Assembly (NCBI GenBank): GCA_963663965.2
Contig: CAXXFK010000038.1
Coordinates: 1-64,000, forward strand
Source: Sedimentisphaerales bacterium
Lineage (GTDB): Bacteria; Planctomycetota; Phycisphaerae; Sedimentisphaerales; SM23-30
Length of the DNA stretch: 64,000 nucleotides
Direction of reading: 5' to 3'
The translations under genes and the position numbers were made by a program. This document shows, piece by piece, positions 1 through 9,340 of the stretch; the first letter of the stretch is position 1, and every line of letters begins with the position of its first letter. Under the pieces are notes generated by a model. The model saw only the letters and a list, made by a program, of their open reading frames with translations, made no database searches and was not told the DNA's origin.

Positions 1-1294
1 TGGTACGGGGGCGTTTGATTTTCACTCCTGATCGAGATTGGACCGGAGAGACAACGTTTGCTGTCAAAAAAACTGGGGTAGATTCTGAGGCTACTCTGGA
101 TTATCGAATTCAGGTTGTGGAACCGGTGAAAATTGTAGATGCGAAATCAGCAGTCAAAGGACAGACGAATATTGCGGTCATCAAGAAAAATAATTACGCG
201 CGAATCCGCTTTGATCTTCCCCGGATACTCGGTCGTCGTATTTGATTACCAAACTACCTGATCATGGAGCACTGAACCTGGTAGAACCAGTGTTAACACG
301 AGAGAAGGCTACGGTGATTGCAGCCATCTTCATCATCGTTTATACTATGTTAGCGGGATTGATGAGTCTGGCTTATACTGATATTGTTACTGGTTCAATA
401 ATTACCATATCTTTAATAATAGCTTTTCCAGTATTGCTGATCAAAGCCGGCGGATTTAGTGGTATGCAACAGGCATATCAATTAATGGGAGACCGTACTC
501 ATCATATGCAATTCTGGGGTGTCTATTCCCCGACAGAACTGATCAACTTTTTATTACCAACGTTTCTGTTGATCATGGGAGACGCTAATCAATATCAGAG
601 AATTTTCGCAAGTAAAAATGCCAAAGGAGCTAAATCAGCAGTCACCACGATGATATTTCTGGCATTAGCCATTGAATTATTGATCATCGCTTCGGCCTGG
701 ATCGCAGGTAGCATGACACCCGATCCTGAGAATGGAAAGTATATATTGATTTATGCTGCAAAAGAATTTATGCCGTTCTGGCTGGGAATTATATTTATGG
801 TGACAGTCGTAGGTATCATCATTTCAACTGCCGATTCGTTTTTATTAATACCTGCAACAACTTTTATCAAAGATATCTACCTGACTCATATTAATCCAAA
901 AGCTGACACAAAAAAAACGCTGTTATTAAGTCGTCTGATGGTCTTGATTCTGGGAGTGATTGCCTGGGGTGTCACTTTTATGTTTGCGGAAAATACGGGC
1001 TTTTTCCGAAAAGCACTTTATGCCTATACTATCTATGGTGCGGCGATTACCCCCAGTCTGGTAGCGGCGCTTTTCTGGAAACGGGCAACACCCGCAGGTG
1101 CCATCAGTTCGATTTTAGGGGGGACTTTAGTGACCCTGTTCTGGCAAAATGCCACTATAATTCGAGAACATTTACCAGAATCGTTACTTGGATTAGATGA
1201 AGTATTACCGGCGATTCTGGTTTCGGTTACTCTCTTAATTGTCGTTAGTCTTCTTACGCCAAATAAAGCGCAAAAGGTTGCAACCAATGTTTGA
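1..1294 (+). CDS. Sodium:solute symporter (SSS/PutP-like), 5'-truncated by the window edge, with an inserted Ig-like segment; frameshift at C4 run ~219-222
   Basis: SSS-type transmembrane helices and motifs (YTxxAGLxSxAYTD, QYQRIFASK, ISTADSFL, ALFWKRAT). ORFs 15..245 and 242..1294 join (…RFDLP-PDTRSSYLITKLP…) if one C is added. Confidence 0.85.
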
Positions 1295-2669
1295 TGCTGA
1301 AGTTTATTGCCAGCGACGCCGGATTTTAGTTGACCGTATGTCTGAAGGGGGCATTGCGCTATTCCTGGGCAATTTCGATTGCCCGATGAATTATCCGGAT
1401 AACATTTACGAGTTCCGTCAGGATAGTTGTTTTCGATATTATTTTGGATTAAATGAAACTGGATTGGCCGGGGCGATCGACCTGGACAGCGGTGAATCAA
1501 TCCTGTTTGGTACGGAATTATCCGTAGAAGATATTGTTTGGGTGGGATACCGTCCAAGTCTGAAAGAGAAAGGTGACCGGATTAGCGTGGCTGCCGTTCA
1601 ACCATATGACGATCTTGAGACTTATCTTAAAAAATCATCAAAGCAAGGACGGCCCATCTATGTGCCACCGGCTTATCGGGCGGATATTCGCGTAAGGTTA
1701 ATGGGATGGCAGGACCAGGGAGTAATAATTGCCGATTCGATGGAACTAGTCGATACAATCATTTTACAGCGCAGCATTAAAAGCGATGAAGAGGTCGCAG
1801 AGATTGAAAAGGCCATAACAGTTTCACATGAGATTCAAACGACAGTAATGGCTACCGCGCGGTCCGGAATGCGTGAATGTGAGTTAAAAGGGCTGGTGGA
1901 TGCTATCCAGACCAAACATGGCTGTAAAAATGCATTTCCGACCATTTTGACCATCCACGGTGAAATTCTGCATAATAACGATTATGATAATGAGTTATGC
2001 CAGGGCCATCTGGTTGTCAATGATTCCGGGGTTGAATCACCATTTGGCTATTGCAGTGATATTACCCGAACGTTTCCGGTTGCCGGCCGGTTTGATAGCC
2101 GTCAGAAGGACATCTATGAAATTGTATTGACTGCACAGCAAGCCGCTATATCAGCCATCAAACCGGGCGCATTATTTCGCGATATTCATCTATTGGCATG
2201 CCGGGTACTGACAGAAGGCCTGAATGCTTTAGGATTAATGCGAGGGGATATCGACGGGGCTGTGGCGGCAGGGGCTCACGCCCTGTTTTTCCCATGTGGG
2301 CTTGGACATTTATTAGGTATGGATGTGCATGACATGGAGGGATTGGGTGAAGATCGAGTTGGTTATAATAGTCAGATAAAGCGAAGTAATCAGTTTGGAT
2401 TGCGGAGCTTAAGATTGGCTCGACCCATTCAGGCAGGATTTGTCGTAACGGTAGAACCGGGTATTTATTTTATACCGCCACTATTGGAACAATGGGAGCA
2501 GCAGAAACATTGCAGTAATTTTATCAACTATGAAAAAGTAAAGGCGTTTATGGGATTTGGCGGGATTCGTATTGAAGATGATATACTGGTTACGAGTAAT
2601 GGATATCGTGAACTGGGACCAGTAGCTCCCAGGACGATTGAGCAGGTCGAATGTGCCTGTCATTCATGA
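1287..2669 (+). CDS. pepP: Xaa-Pro aminopeptidase (M24B)
   Basis: FRQDSCFRYYFG N-domain; metal-site motifs SDITRT, GLGHxxGMDVHD, TVEPGIY, GGIRIEDD. ATG at 1287 overlaps the SSS stop. Confidence 0.92.
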   Translation: MFDAEVYCQRRRILVDRMSEGGIALFLGNFDCPMNYPDNIYEFRQDSCFRYYFGLNETGLAGAIDLDSGESILFGTELSVEDIVWVGYRPSLKEKGDRISVAAVQPYDDLETYLKKSSKQGRPIYVPPAYRADIRVRLMGWQDQGVIIADSMELVDTIILQRSIKSDEEVAEIEKAITVSHEIQTTVMATARSGMRECELKGLVDAIQTKHGCKNAFPTILTIHGEILHNNDYDNELCQGHLVVNDSGVESPFGYCSDITRTFPVAGRFDSRQKDIYEIVLTAQQAAISAIKPGALFRDIHLLACRVLTEGLNALGLMRGDIDGAVAAGAHALFFPCGLGHLLGMDVHDMEGLGEDRVGYNSQIKRSNQFGLRSLRLARPIQAGFVVTVEPGIYFIPPLLEQWEQQKHCSNFINYEKVKAFMGFGGIRIEDDILVTSNGYRELGPVAPRTIEQVECACHS

Positions 2670-3068
2670 AGTCAATGATTCAGAGTCGCCGGATGTGGGC
2701 TCGGTGGTATTGAATCTGTCGGTTGTATTACGGGAACGCCGTTTTCGTCTGAGTTTCTGCTTGCGGATTTTTTCGGCTTGTTCTTGAGCTTTTGTTTTAC
2801 GACCAAGCACCTTTTCTTCATATAAATCACATAAACGGTGGCGTGCCCGATAGCGGTTAAGCGGTTGCGATCTCTCTTGTTGCATTTTGACTTCCAGGCC
2901 AGTGGGTTTATGTTTCAGATAAACGCAAGTTGATGTTTTGTTAACATGCTGGCCACCGGGGCCTGATGAGCGGATAAATTGTTCGATCAGATCGGACTCG
3001 AGGATACCTAAATTGGCCATCCGAGATAATAAGTTCTTTGTTTTTTCTGGCGAGATACCAAAGTCCAT
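2664..3068 (-). CDS. Codon-independent peptidyl-tRNA hydrolase / RF-1-domain ribosome rescue factor (ArfB/C12orf65-like)
   Basis: RSSGPGGQHVNKTS (GGQ motif), LKHKPTG, ERSQxxNR and a basic tail KIRKQKLRRKRRSR; no codon-recognition domains. Confidence 0.88.
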   Translation of the reverse strand: MDFGISPEKTKNLLSRMANLGILESDLIEQFIRSSGPGGQHVNKTSTCVYLKHKPTGLEVKMQQERSQPLNRYRARHRLCDLYEEKVLGRKTKAQEQAEKIRKQKLRRKRRSRNTTDRFNTTEPTSGDSESLTS

Positions 3069-3238
3069 ATAACATATCCGGGAAAAATATTACAGAAAAT
3101 GAAGCAAAATAGACGGAATTTTAATTAAACAGGCTGAAAAACGCCCAATTTATGAAAAATTATATCAAAAACTGTCCGATAATATAGATGGAAATTGGGA
3201 GATTGGTGTAGAAAAATGAAAAAAAATCAAGATGGGGA

Positions 3239-3267
3239 TTGACAAATACGAAAAAACGCTGTATATT
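3239..3267 (+). promoter_or_regulatory. sigma70-type promoter upstream of fusA
   Basis: TTGACA-17 nt-TATATT. Confidence 0.65.
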
Positions 3268-3514
3268 ACCGCCTTCTGATTTTTTGGAGGAGATACGGAT
3301 CGAATACGAGATCGCCCCGATTTCATGACTGAATTGTTCGACCGTTCGTTTAAGGAGGCCCCCCCGCCAAACAGGTTACTAATAACAGTTATACGAAACC
3401 TTAACAGGGCATTGTTACAGTCTGGAAGAAGGGATAAGACCTGAGAGACCTTATCTCCGACAGCGAGAGCAAATAGTGAAAGTTTGATGTATAGGTATGA
3501 AAAGCTAAAGGTAA

Positions 3515-5614
3515 TTGATTATGGAAAGAATTGCGAAATTAAGAAACATAGGCATCTCGGCTCATATCGACTCGGGTAAAACCACCTTGAGTGAACGGAT
3601 GTTGTTCTATTCGGGCCGGATTCATCGTATCCAGGAGGTCAAAGGCAAAGATGGCGGCGCGACCATGGATTTTATGGAACTGGAACGCGAACGGGGGATT
3701 ACCATTACCTCGGCGGCCACGCAATTTGCCTGGAATGACAACGTGATTAATCTGATCGATACCCCGGGACATGTCGATTTTACTGTAGAAGTCGAGCGTT
3801 CATTACGGGTATTGGATGGCGCGGTGATGGTCTTGTGCTCCGTCGGCGGCGTGCAAAGTCAGTCTGTCACGGTAGACCGTCAGATGAAACGTTATCGCGT
3901 GCCGCGCATTGCGTTTATTAATAAGATGGACCGTATAGGCGCTGATCCCCTACGAGTACAGCGCGACATTGCCGAAAAGCTTGGGTTAAATGTTGTTCCG
4001 ATCCAGATCAGCATGGGAACCGGTGAAGATTTTGTCGGTGTCATCGATTTGATTACGATGGAAGCATTGTCATTCGATGGCAAGTCGGGTGAAACCGTAA
4101 ACCGTACTGCCATTCCTGAAGAATATGCCGACGAAGCTCAAGAAGCGCGTCATCATATGCTGGAAACAATCAGCATGTACAATGAAGAGATGATGATGCT
4201 TCTGCTGGAAGATCAGCCCGTTGAAGCTGAGATGATCCACAGTACAATTCGTGAAGCGACAATCAACCGCGAGATTGTGCCGGTGATGATGGGATCCGCA
4301 TTTAAGAACAAGGGCATTCAGCCGTTGCTCAATGCTGTATGTCGTTATCTGCCCAGTCCGCTGGATCGTACTGCCTATGCTCGCAACCATGATAACGAAG
4401 GGGCGGAAATGCCGCTGTCATGCGATCCGGAATCTCCGTTAGTGTCTATGGTCTTCAAAATTACTGATGAGACGTTTGGCCAGTTAAATTACACCCGCGT
4501 CTACCAGGGGATGGTTAAACGCGGTCAGCAATATCGCAATGTGCGTACGACGAAGATGGTGCGTGTTGGCCGCATAGTCAAAATGCACGCCAATGACCGG
4601 GAAGATGTCGATGAAGCCGGTCCCGGCGATATTGTCGCGTTGATCGGTGTAGAGTGCGCCAGTGGTGATACCCTGACCGGTGAAGGCGTGAACCTGTCGC
4701 TGGAGAGTATTTTTGTGGCAGATCCTGTGATCAGCCTATCCGTGGTGCCAGTGGATAACGCAGCCCAGGATCGAATGGGTAAAGCGCTCAATCGTTTTAT
4801 GAAAGAAGATCCGACTTTCCGGGTATCGACGGACGCAGAGACTGGTGAAACGATCATTGCCGGTATGGGGGAATTGCACCTCGATGTCTATATCGAGCGA
4901 ATGCGGCGTGAATACCGTGCCGATGTGAGAGTTGGCCAGCCAAACGTCAGTTATCGCGAAGCGCCCACGCAGGAATCGGAATATAACTATAAACATAAGA
5001 AACAGACCGGCGGTTCGGGTCAGTATGCCCATGTCGTCGGCAAACTGATTCCATTGCCGGAAAATGCCGAAGATCCCTATGAATTTGAAGATAATGTCGT
5101 CGGAGGACGCATTCCCGGTGAATATATACCAGCCGTCAGCAAAGGATTCGTCAATGCGATGAAAAAAGGCCCGATGGCCGGTTATGAAATTGTCGGCTGT
5201 AAAATGGTTCTGGATGATGGTTCTTACCATACGGTGGACTCCAGTGAGATGGCTTTCCGCATCTGTGCGGAAGAAGCGTTTCGTCAGGCTTTTCAGAAGT
5301 CTCGTCCCTGTTTACAGGAACCGATCATGTCGGTAGAAATTGAAACCCCTGCTGAATACCAGGGCGCCATTGTCGGCGATCTGAATAGTCGTCGCGGTAT
5401 TATACTCAGTACCGAAAACCGCGAAGACTTCACTGTTATCAAGGCTGAAGTGCCATTGGCTAATATGTTCGGCTATGCGACCGTTTTGCGTAGTCAGAGT
5501 AAGGGGATGGCGACTTATACCATGGAGATGAGCCGTTACGCTCGCGTGCCTGAGAAGATTGCTCTGGAAATTATCGCACGCCGGAAAGAAAAGGATAAAG
5601 CCTCATCCCGCTAA
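3515..5614 (+). CDS. fusA: Elongation factor G (stand-alone copy)
   Basis: RNIGISAHIDSGKTT, ERERGITI, DTPGHVDF, NKMD, GMGELHL, KKQTGGSGQYA, DSSEMAF. Confidence 0.97.
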   Translation: MIMERIAKLRNIGISAHIDSGKTTLSERMLFYSGRIHRIQEVKGKDGGATMDFMELERERGITITSAATQFAWNDNVINLIDTPGHVDFTVEVERSLRVLDGAVMVLCSVGGVQSQSVTVDRQMKRYRVPRIAFINKMDRIGADPLRVQRDIAEKLGLNVVPIQISMGTGEDFVGVIDLITMEALSFDGKSGETVNRTAIPEEYADEAQEARHHMLETISMYNEEMMMLLLEDQPVEAEMIHSTIREATINREIVPVMMGSAFKNKGIQPLLNAVCRYLPSPLDRTAYARNHDNEGAEMPLSCDPESPLVSMVFKITDETFGQLNYTRVYQGMVKRGQQYRNVRTTKMVRVGRIVKMHANDREDVDEAGPGDIVALIGVECASGDTLTGEGVNLSLESIFVADPVISLSVVPVDNAAQDRMGKALNRFMKEDPTFRVSTDAETGETIIAGMGELHLDVYIERMRREYRADVRVGQPNVSYREAPTQESEYNYKHKKQTGGSGQYAHVVGKLIPLPENAEDPYEFEDNVVGGRIPGEYIPAVSKGFVNAMKKGPMAGYEIVGCKMVLDDGSYHTVDSSEMAFRICAEEAFRQAFQKSRPCLQEPIMSVEIETPAEYQGAIVGDLNSRRGIILSTENREDFTVIKAEVPLANMFGYATVLRSQSKGMATYTMEMSRYARVPEKIALEIIARRKEKDKASSR

Positions 5615-5664
5615 ATTCAAACACACACTTTCCATTCCATACTATGGACCTGTTTTCATACCTT

Positions 5665-5695
5665 GGGTCGCGATTTGCTGTCGCGGCCTTTTTTT
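5665..5695 (+). terminator. Intrinsic terminator between convergent fusA and typA
   Basis: GGGTCGCGA-loop-TCGCGGCCT followed by a T run. Confidence 0.7.
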
Positions 5696-5726
5696 ATTTA
5701 AATACTGGTCCCCAGAGACATAAGGA

Positions 5727-7586
5727 TTATTTGGTGGTTTTCCGGGCTTCGCGGCGGCGATCGGCCTCTTTCAGCAACCGTTTACGCATCCGTATGGATT
5801 TGGGAGTAATTTCGACCAGTTCATCTTCCTGGATGTATTCCAGGCATTGTTCCAGACTCATCAGGCGCGGCGGCCGGATCCGCGCGGCGTCATCCTTGCC
5901 GGAGGCACGAATATTGGTGAGGGCTTTGGCACGTACGACATTGGCGATAATATCGTTATCCTTGCAGTGTTCACCAACCACCTGGCCTTCGTAAACCTGG
6001 TCGCCGGGTTTGACAAAGAAAATACCGCGATCGTATAAGCCATCCAGAGCGTAGGCGGTGACCTGGCCGGTTTCGGAGGCAGCGATAACGCCGGCCTGCC
6101 GGTCGGGAATCGAACCGCGCATGGGTTCATAACGTTCAAAGGTATGGTGCATGATGGCGCGTCCCTGGGTGGCGTTCAGGACTCTGGCATGGAGGCCGAA
6201 CAGGCCGCGCGAAGGGATCAGAAACTCCATATGAACATATTCACCGGCACCGCCTTTGCTATCCATTTTTAAAATTTCAGTTCTGCGTTCACCTAATAAA
6301 GCCATGACAGCGCTCTGGCAATCGACCGGGCAGTCGATGACCAGTAATTCAATTGGTTCATGTCTCAGGCCGTTAACCATGCGAATAATGACTTCTGGTT
6401 TACCCACGGCGATTTCGTAGCCTTCCCGACGCATGTTTTCCAGCAAGATTCCCAGATGGAGCAGACCACGCCCGGATACTTTGAAAGATTCGCCGCTCTG
6501 GCCCTGTTCCACACGGAGCGCGACATTGTGCTGCAACTCTTTTTCCAGGCGATCTTTGATTTTTCGACTGGTGACTTCTGAACCTTCGCGACCGGCGAAA
6601 GGACTGTCATTAACCCGGAAAATTGTATGCATGGTAGGCTCATCGACCTGAATGACCGGTAATGCCGAAGGTTCATCGGGACAGGCGATGGTGTTGCCGA
6701 TATCGACCGGATCAAGGCCGGTTATGGCACAGATATCCCCGGCCATAACGGTTGGAACCTGCTTTTTAGCCAGTCCTTCGAATTGATGGATATGCAGAAT
6801 TTTCTGCTGGGTATGACGACCCTGGCGGTCAATGACGGTTACTGGCTGGCCTTCGTTGATCCTTCCGGCAAAGACCCGTCCAATGGCGATACGTCCGACG
6901 TAATCGGAGTAGTCTAAAGAAGTTACCAGCATCTGGATTGGTTCTTCCGGATCGCAGTCAGGGGCCGGAATATGCTGGACAATGGTTTCAAAGATGGGAC
7001 GCATATTCCCATCGCGTTGAGTATGGTCGAAAGAGGCCCAACCTTCTTTAGCTGAAGCAAATACTACGGGGAAATCAAGGGCGCTGTCAGGGGCGTTTAG
7101 CTGGACGAGTAAATCGAATACTTCATTCACAACATCATCCGGGCGGGCATCCGGGCGATCTGTTTTGTTTACAATAACAATCGGTTTGAGCTTATGTTCC
7201 AGGGCTTTTCCTAAAACAAACCTTGTCTGTGGCATCGGACCTTCGAAGGCATCGACTAATAAGAGTACGCCATCTGCCATTTTGAGGACTCGTTCCACTT
7301 CGCCGCCGAAATCCGCGTGGCCGGGGGTGTCGATTATATTAATTTTGTAATCGGTACCTTCCTCGTCGGTGTAGTGAACTGAACAGTTTTTGCTCAGGAT
7401 GGTGATACCCCGTTCCCGCTCCAGCGGATTTGAATCCATGATCAAACCGTGCTGTCCGCCGGCTAATTTGTCGAGTTCTTCGTTGCGAAACATGCCGGAT
7501 TGGTATAAAAGCTGGTCAACCAGTGAAGTTTTACCATGATCCACGTGGGCGATAATCGCAACATTACGTAAACTGGATATTTTCAT
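5727..7586 (-). CDS. typA: Translational GTPase TypA/BipA
   Basis: RNVAIIAHVDHGKT, MDSNPLERERGITI, DTPGHADFGGEVER, GRGLLHLGILLENMRREG, LTNIRASGKD, DELVEITPKSIRMRK. Confidence 0.97.
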   Translation of the reverse strand: MKISSLRNVAIIAHVDHGKTSLVDQLLYQSGMFRNEELDKLAGGQHGLIMDSNPLERERGITILSKNCSVHYTDEEGTDYKINIIDTPGHADFGGEVERVLKMADGVLLLVDAFEGPMPQTRFVLGKALEHKLKPIVIVNKTDRPDARPDDVVNEVFDLLVQLNAPDSALDFPVVFASAKEGWASFDHTQRDGNMRPIFETIVQHIPAPDCDPEEPIQMLVTSLDYSDYVGRIAIGRVFAGRINEGQPVTVIDRQGRHTQQKILHIHQFEGLAKKQVPTVMAGDICAITGLDPVDIGNTIACPDEPSALPVIQVDEPTMHTIFRVNDSPFAGREGSEVTSRKIKDRLEKELQHNVALRVEQGQSGESFKVSGRGLLHLGILLENMRREGYEIAVGKPEVIIRMVNGLRHEPIELLVIDCPVDCQSAVMALLGERRTEILKMDSKGGAGEYVHMEFLIPSRGLFGLHARVLNATQGRAIMHHTFERYEPMRGSIPDRQAGVIAASETGQVTAYALDGLYDRGIFFVKPGDQVYEGQVVGEHCKDNDIIANVVRAKALTNIRASGKDDAARIRPPRLMSLEQCLEYIQEDELVEITPKSIRMRKRLLKEADRRREARKTTK

Positions 7587-7825
7587 AATTATCTGCTCTC
7601 AAATGGTAATCAGGCGACTTTTTGTGTAATGGGGAGAAGAAGCGACCTAGAATTTACTAATCATTATGGCAGAAAGATAGCCTGATTCCTGCTATATCAT
7701 TGTTTCTCTGAGCGTTAAGGATTAGCAATAGAACAAGTTTTACCTTTAAAATTCTTACTCTCTGTTATTGTTTCATTAAAGGCGGAAAGTCATAAGAAAT
7801 GAGTTCCCATAAAGCAATCGATTAA

Positions 7826-7900
7826 TCGGGGAAACAGGATTTGAACCTGCGGCCTCCTGCTCCCAAAGCAGGCGCTCTAGCCAAGCTGAGCTACTCCCCG
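7826..7900 (-). tRNA. tRNA-Pro(UGG)
   Basis: Reverse complement CGGGGAGTAGCTCAGCTTGGCTAGAGCGCCTGCTTTGGGAGCAGGAGGCCGCAGGTTCAAATCCTGTTTCCCCGA forms a cloverleaf; anticodon TGG, T-loop TTCAAAT; CCA not encoded. Confidence 0.96.
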
Positions 7901-7919
7901 GGGGGTGATTAAAGGGTAA

Positions 7920-7948
7920 TATATAACGTATCGGAAGGTAAGTGTCAA
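7920..7948 (-). promoter_or_regulatory. sigma70-type promoter for tRNA-Pro
   Basis: Minus strand TTGACA-17 nt-TATATA, ~20 nt upstream of the tRNA. Confidence 0.65.
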
Positions 7949-7959
7949 TAGTTTATTCA

Positions 7960-9240
7960 AATCGGTTTGTCTGGTTCCGGGTTATTTCTGACGGTTGGCT
8001 TCGTTTCGATTCGCAGTTAAGGTATTGATATGACAGATAGTTAAAATTACCATGGGTAGAAAATCGGGATTGTGAATCCGGGTGGTTTAAAACGTATAAG
8101 GTCGTTGATGGCCGGGAATTTTGATTAATTGCAAAAATTGGGTTTGTTTCGCGTTGGTTGCGGCAAGGGGGGGGATAGTCACCAGCAAAGATAAAGGTGA
8201 CTCCTATGACGCCGCAAGGTCGCCCTAGAAAAGGTAAGAAGGTGAACTGCCTATCAATGCGAATAGTCACTGATTGGAACAAAACTATGTTAAGTGTTTG
8301 GGAAAAATGAGTTGTATGTCAATACTTTATAATGAGTTATCGATATTCAAAATGGGGTTGGGTTTGTTTCGCGTTGGAGAGTGTGATTGTGGGCGGCAGC
8401 AGGGGGAAAGTTTGTAAGTGCATTTAATATAAGAATTTATAACCACGGAACACGCGGAACACACGGAAGGGAGAAATTGTAAGTGTTTGAAATAAAAGAA
8501 GTTAAAGTATAAAAAGGGGTGGAATGCATGGGAAAATATAATAGCCGATTTAACTCCACCACGGCGGATCTTCGACGCAGATGGACGTAGAATACGCAGA
8601 AAAAATGGGCGTATGTTATTGAATAATTTAAAATCATGACCAAGATGGGGGCGTAATGCATGAAAATATCAGGAAGGGTTCGGGTTGTTGTTTACGGGGG
8701 GGTATTTGGTTGTTAAAGAGCATCAATTTATACACGCTAAAGCGGTGTACTCCATACGGTGGGGAAAAAAGGCGAAAAGACGAAAAGGACGAAAAAGACG
8801 AAAAGGGGGAATTCGGGCAAGATTGTTGTTGTGCGTTGGGGGGATACAGGGTTTGAAAATGAATCACGGGCAGGATGCCCGTGCCACTGGTTTTTTTGTT
8901 GGAGAATGGGGGGTGGGTTGGTAAAATATATTTTATGCCCGGTTGAGTTTGATGGCCGGGATTTTAGCTTTGGGATATCTGTTTTTTGTATTTTTTTAAC
9001 GTGTATAGTGGAGAGAGCAGCAAGGGGGGGCAATGGAATTTGGTAGAAGATATCACACAAAAGCACCAAGGCACGAAGAAAACAGCTTTTTAGACAGGAT
9101 CACAGGATTTACAGGATAAAGCAAGGAAAGATTAATGCTGAGTTGATCTGTCAGAATCTGGTTTAGTATCAGGGGATAGATACAAAATGATAGAATATAA
9201 GAATTTATACCATGAAGAACCTGAAGGGACATGAAGGTTA
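7960..9240. repeat. Gene-free composite repeat block (TTGGGTTTGTTTCG boxes, TAAG...TTA palindromes, 8-9-bp triplet repeats, REP-like hairpin)
   Basis: Exact 20-mer TTGGGTTTGTTTCGCGTTGG at 8138 and 8358; exact 16-mer AATATAAGAATTTATA at 8426 and 9194; triplet repeats at ~8444, 8576, 8773, 9056, 9094, 9211. Confidence 0.75.
8865..8887. repeat. REP-like palindrome
   Basis: CACGGGCAGGATGCCCGTGCCAC: CACGGGCA/TGCCCGTG perfect stem. Confidence 0.7.
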
Positions 9241-9340
9241 ACGGCCTGGGGGGCTGGTTTTTGTTGCCAAGGTTTTCGAGATAAATTGTAATCGTTTCGA
9301 TTATTCAAACAGAAAAGGAAAACATTACAGGAGTTTGAAG

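Noticed and set aside
7953..9069. Short ORFs on both strands in the repeat block
   Set aside because: Low-complexity translations of repeats (e.g. KDEKDEKDEK, HGQDARAT) with no recognisable protein features.
8426..9240. CRISPR array
   Set aside because: Repeats are 8-9-bp tandem units differing from each other, with no constant 23-47-bp repeat, no regular spacers and no cas genes.
7826..9340. tRNA-Pro-anchored genomic island
   Set aside because: The repeat block lies on the 5' side of the tRNA; I saw no integrase and no duplicated tRNA 3' end.
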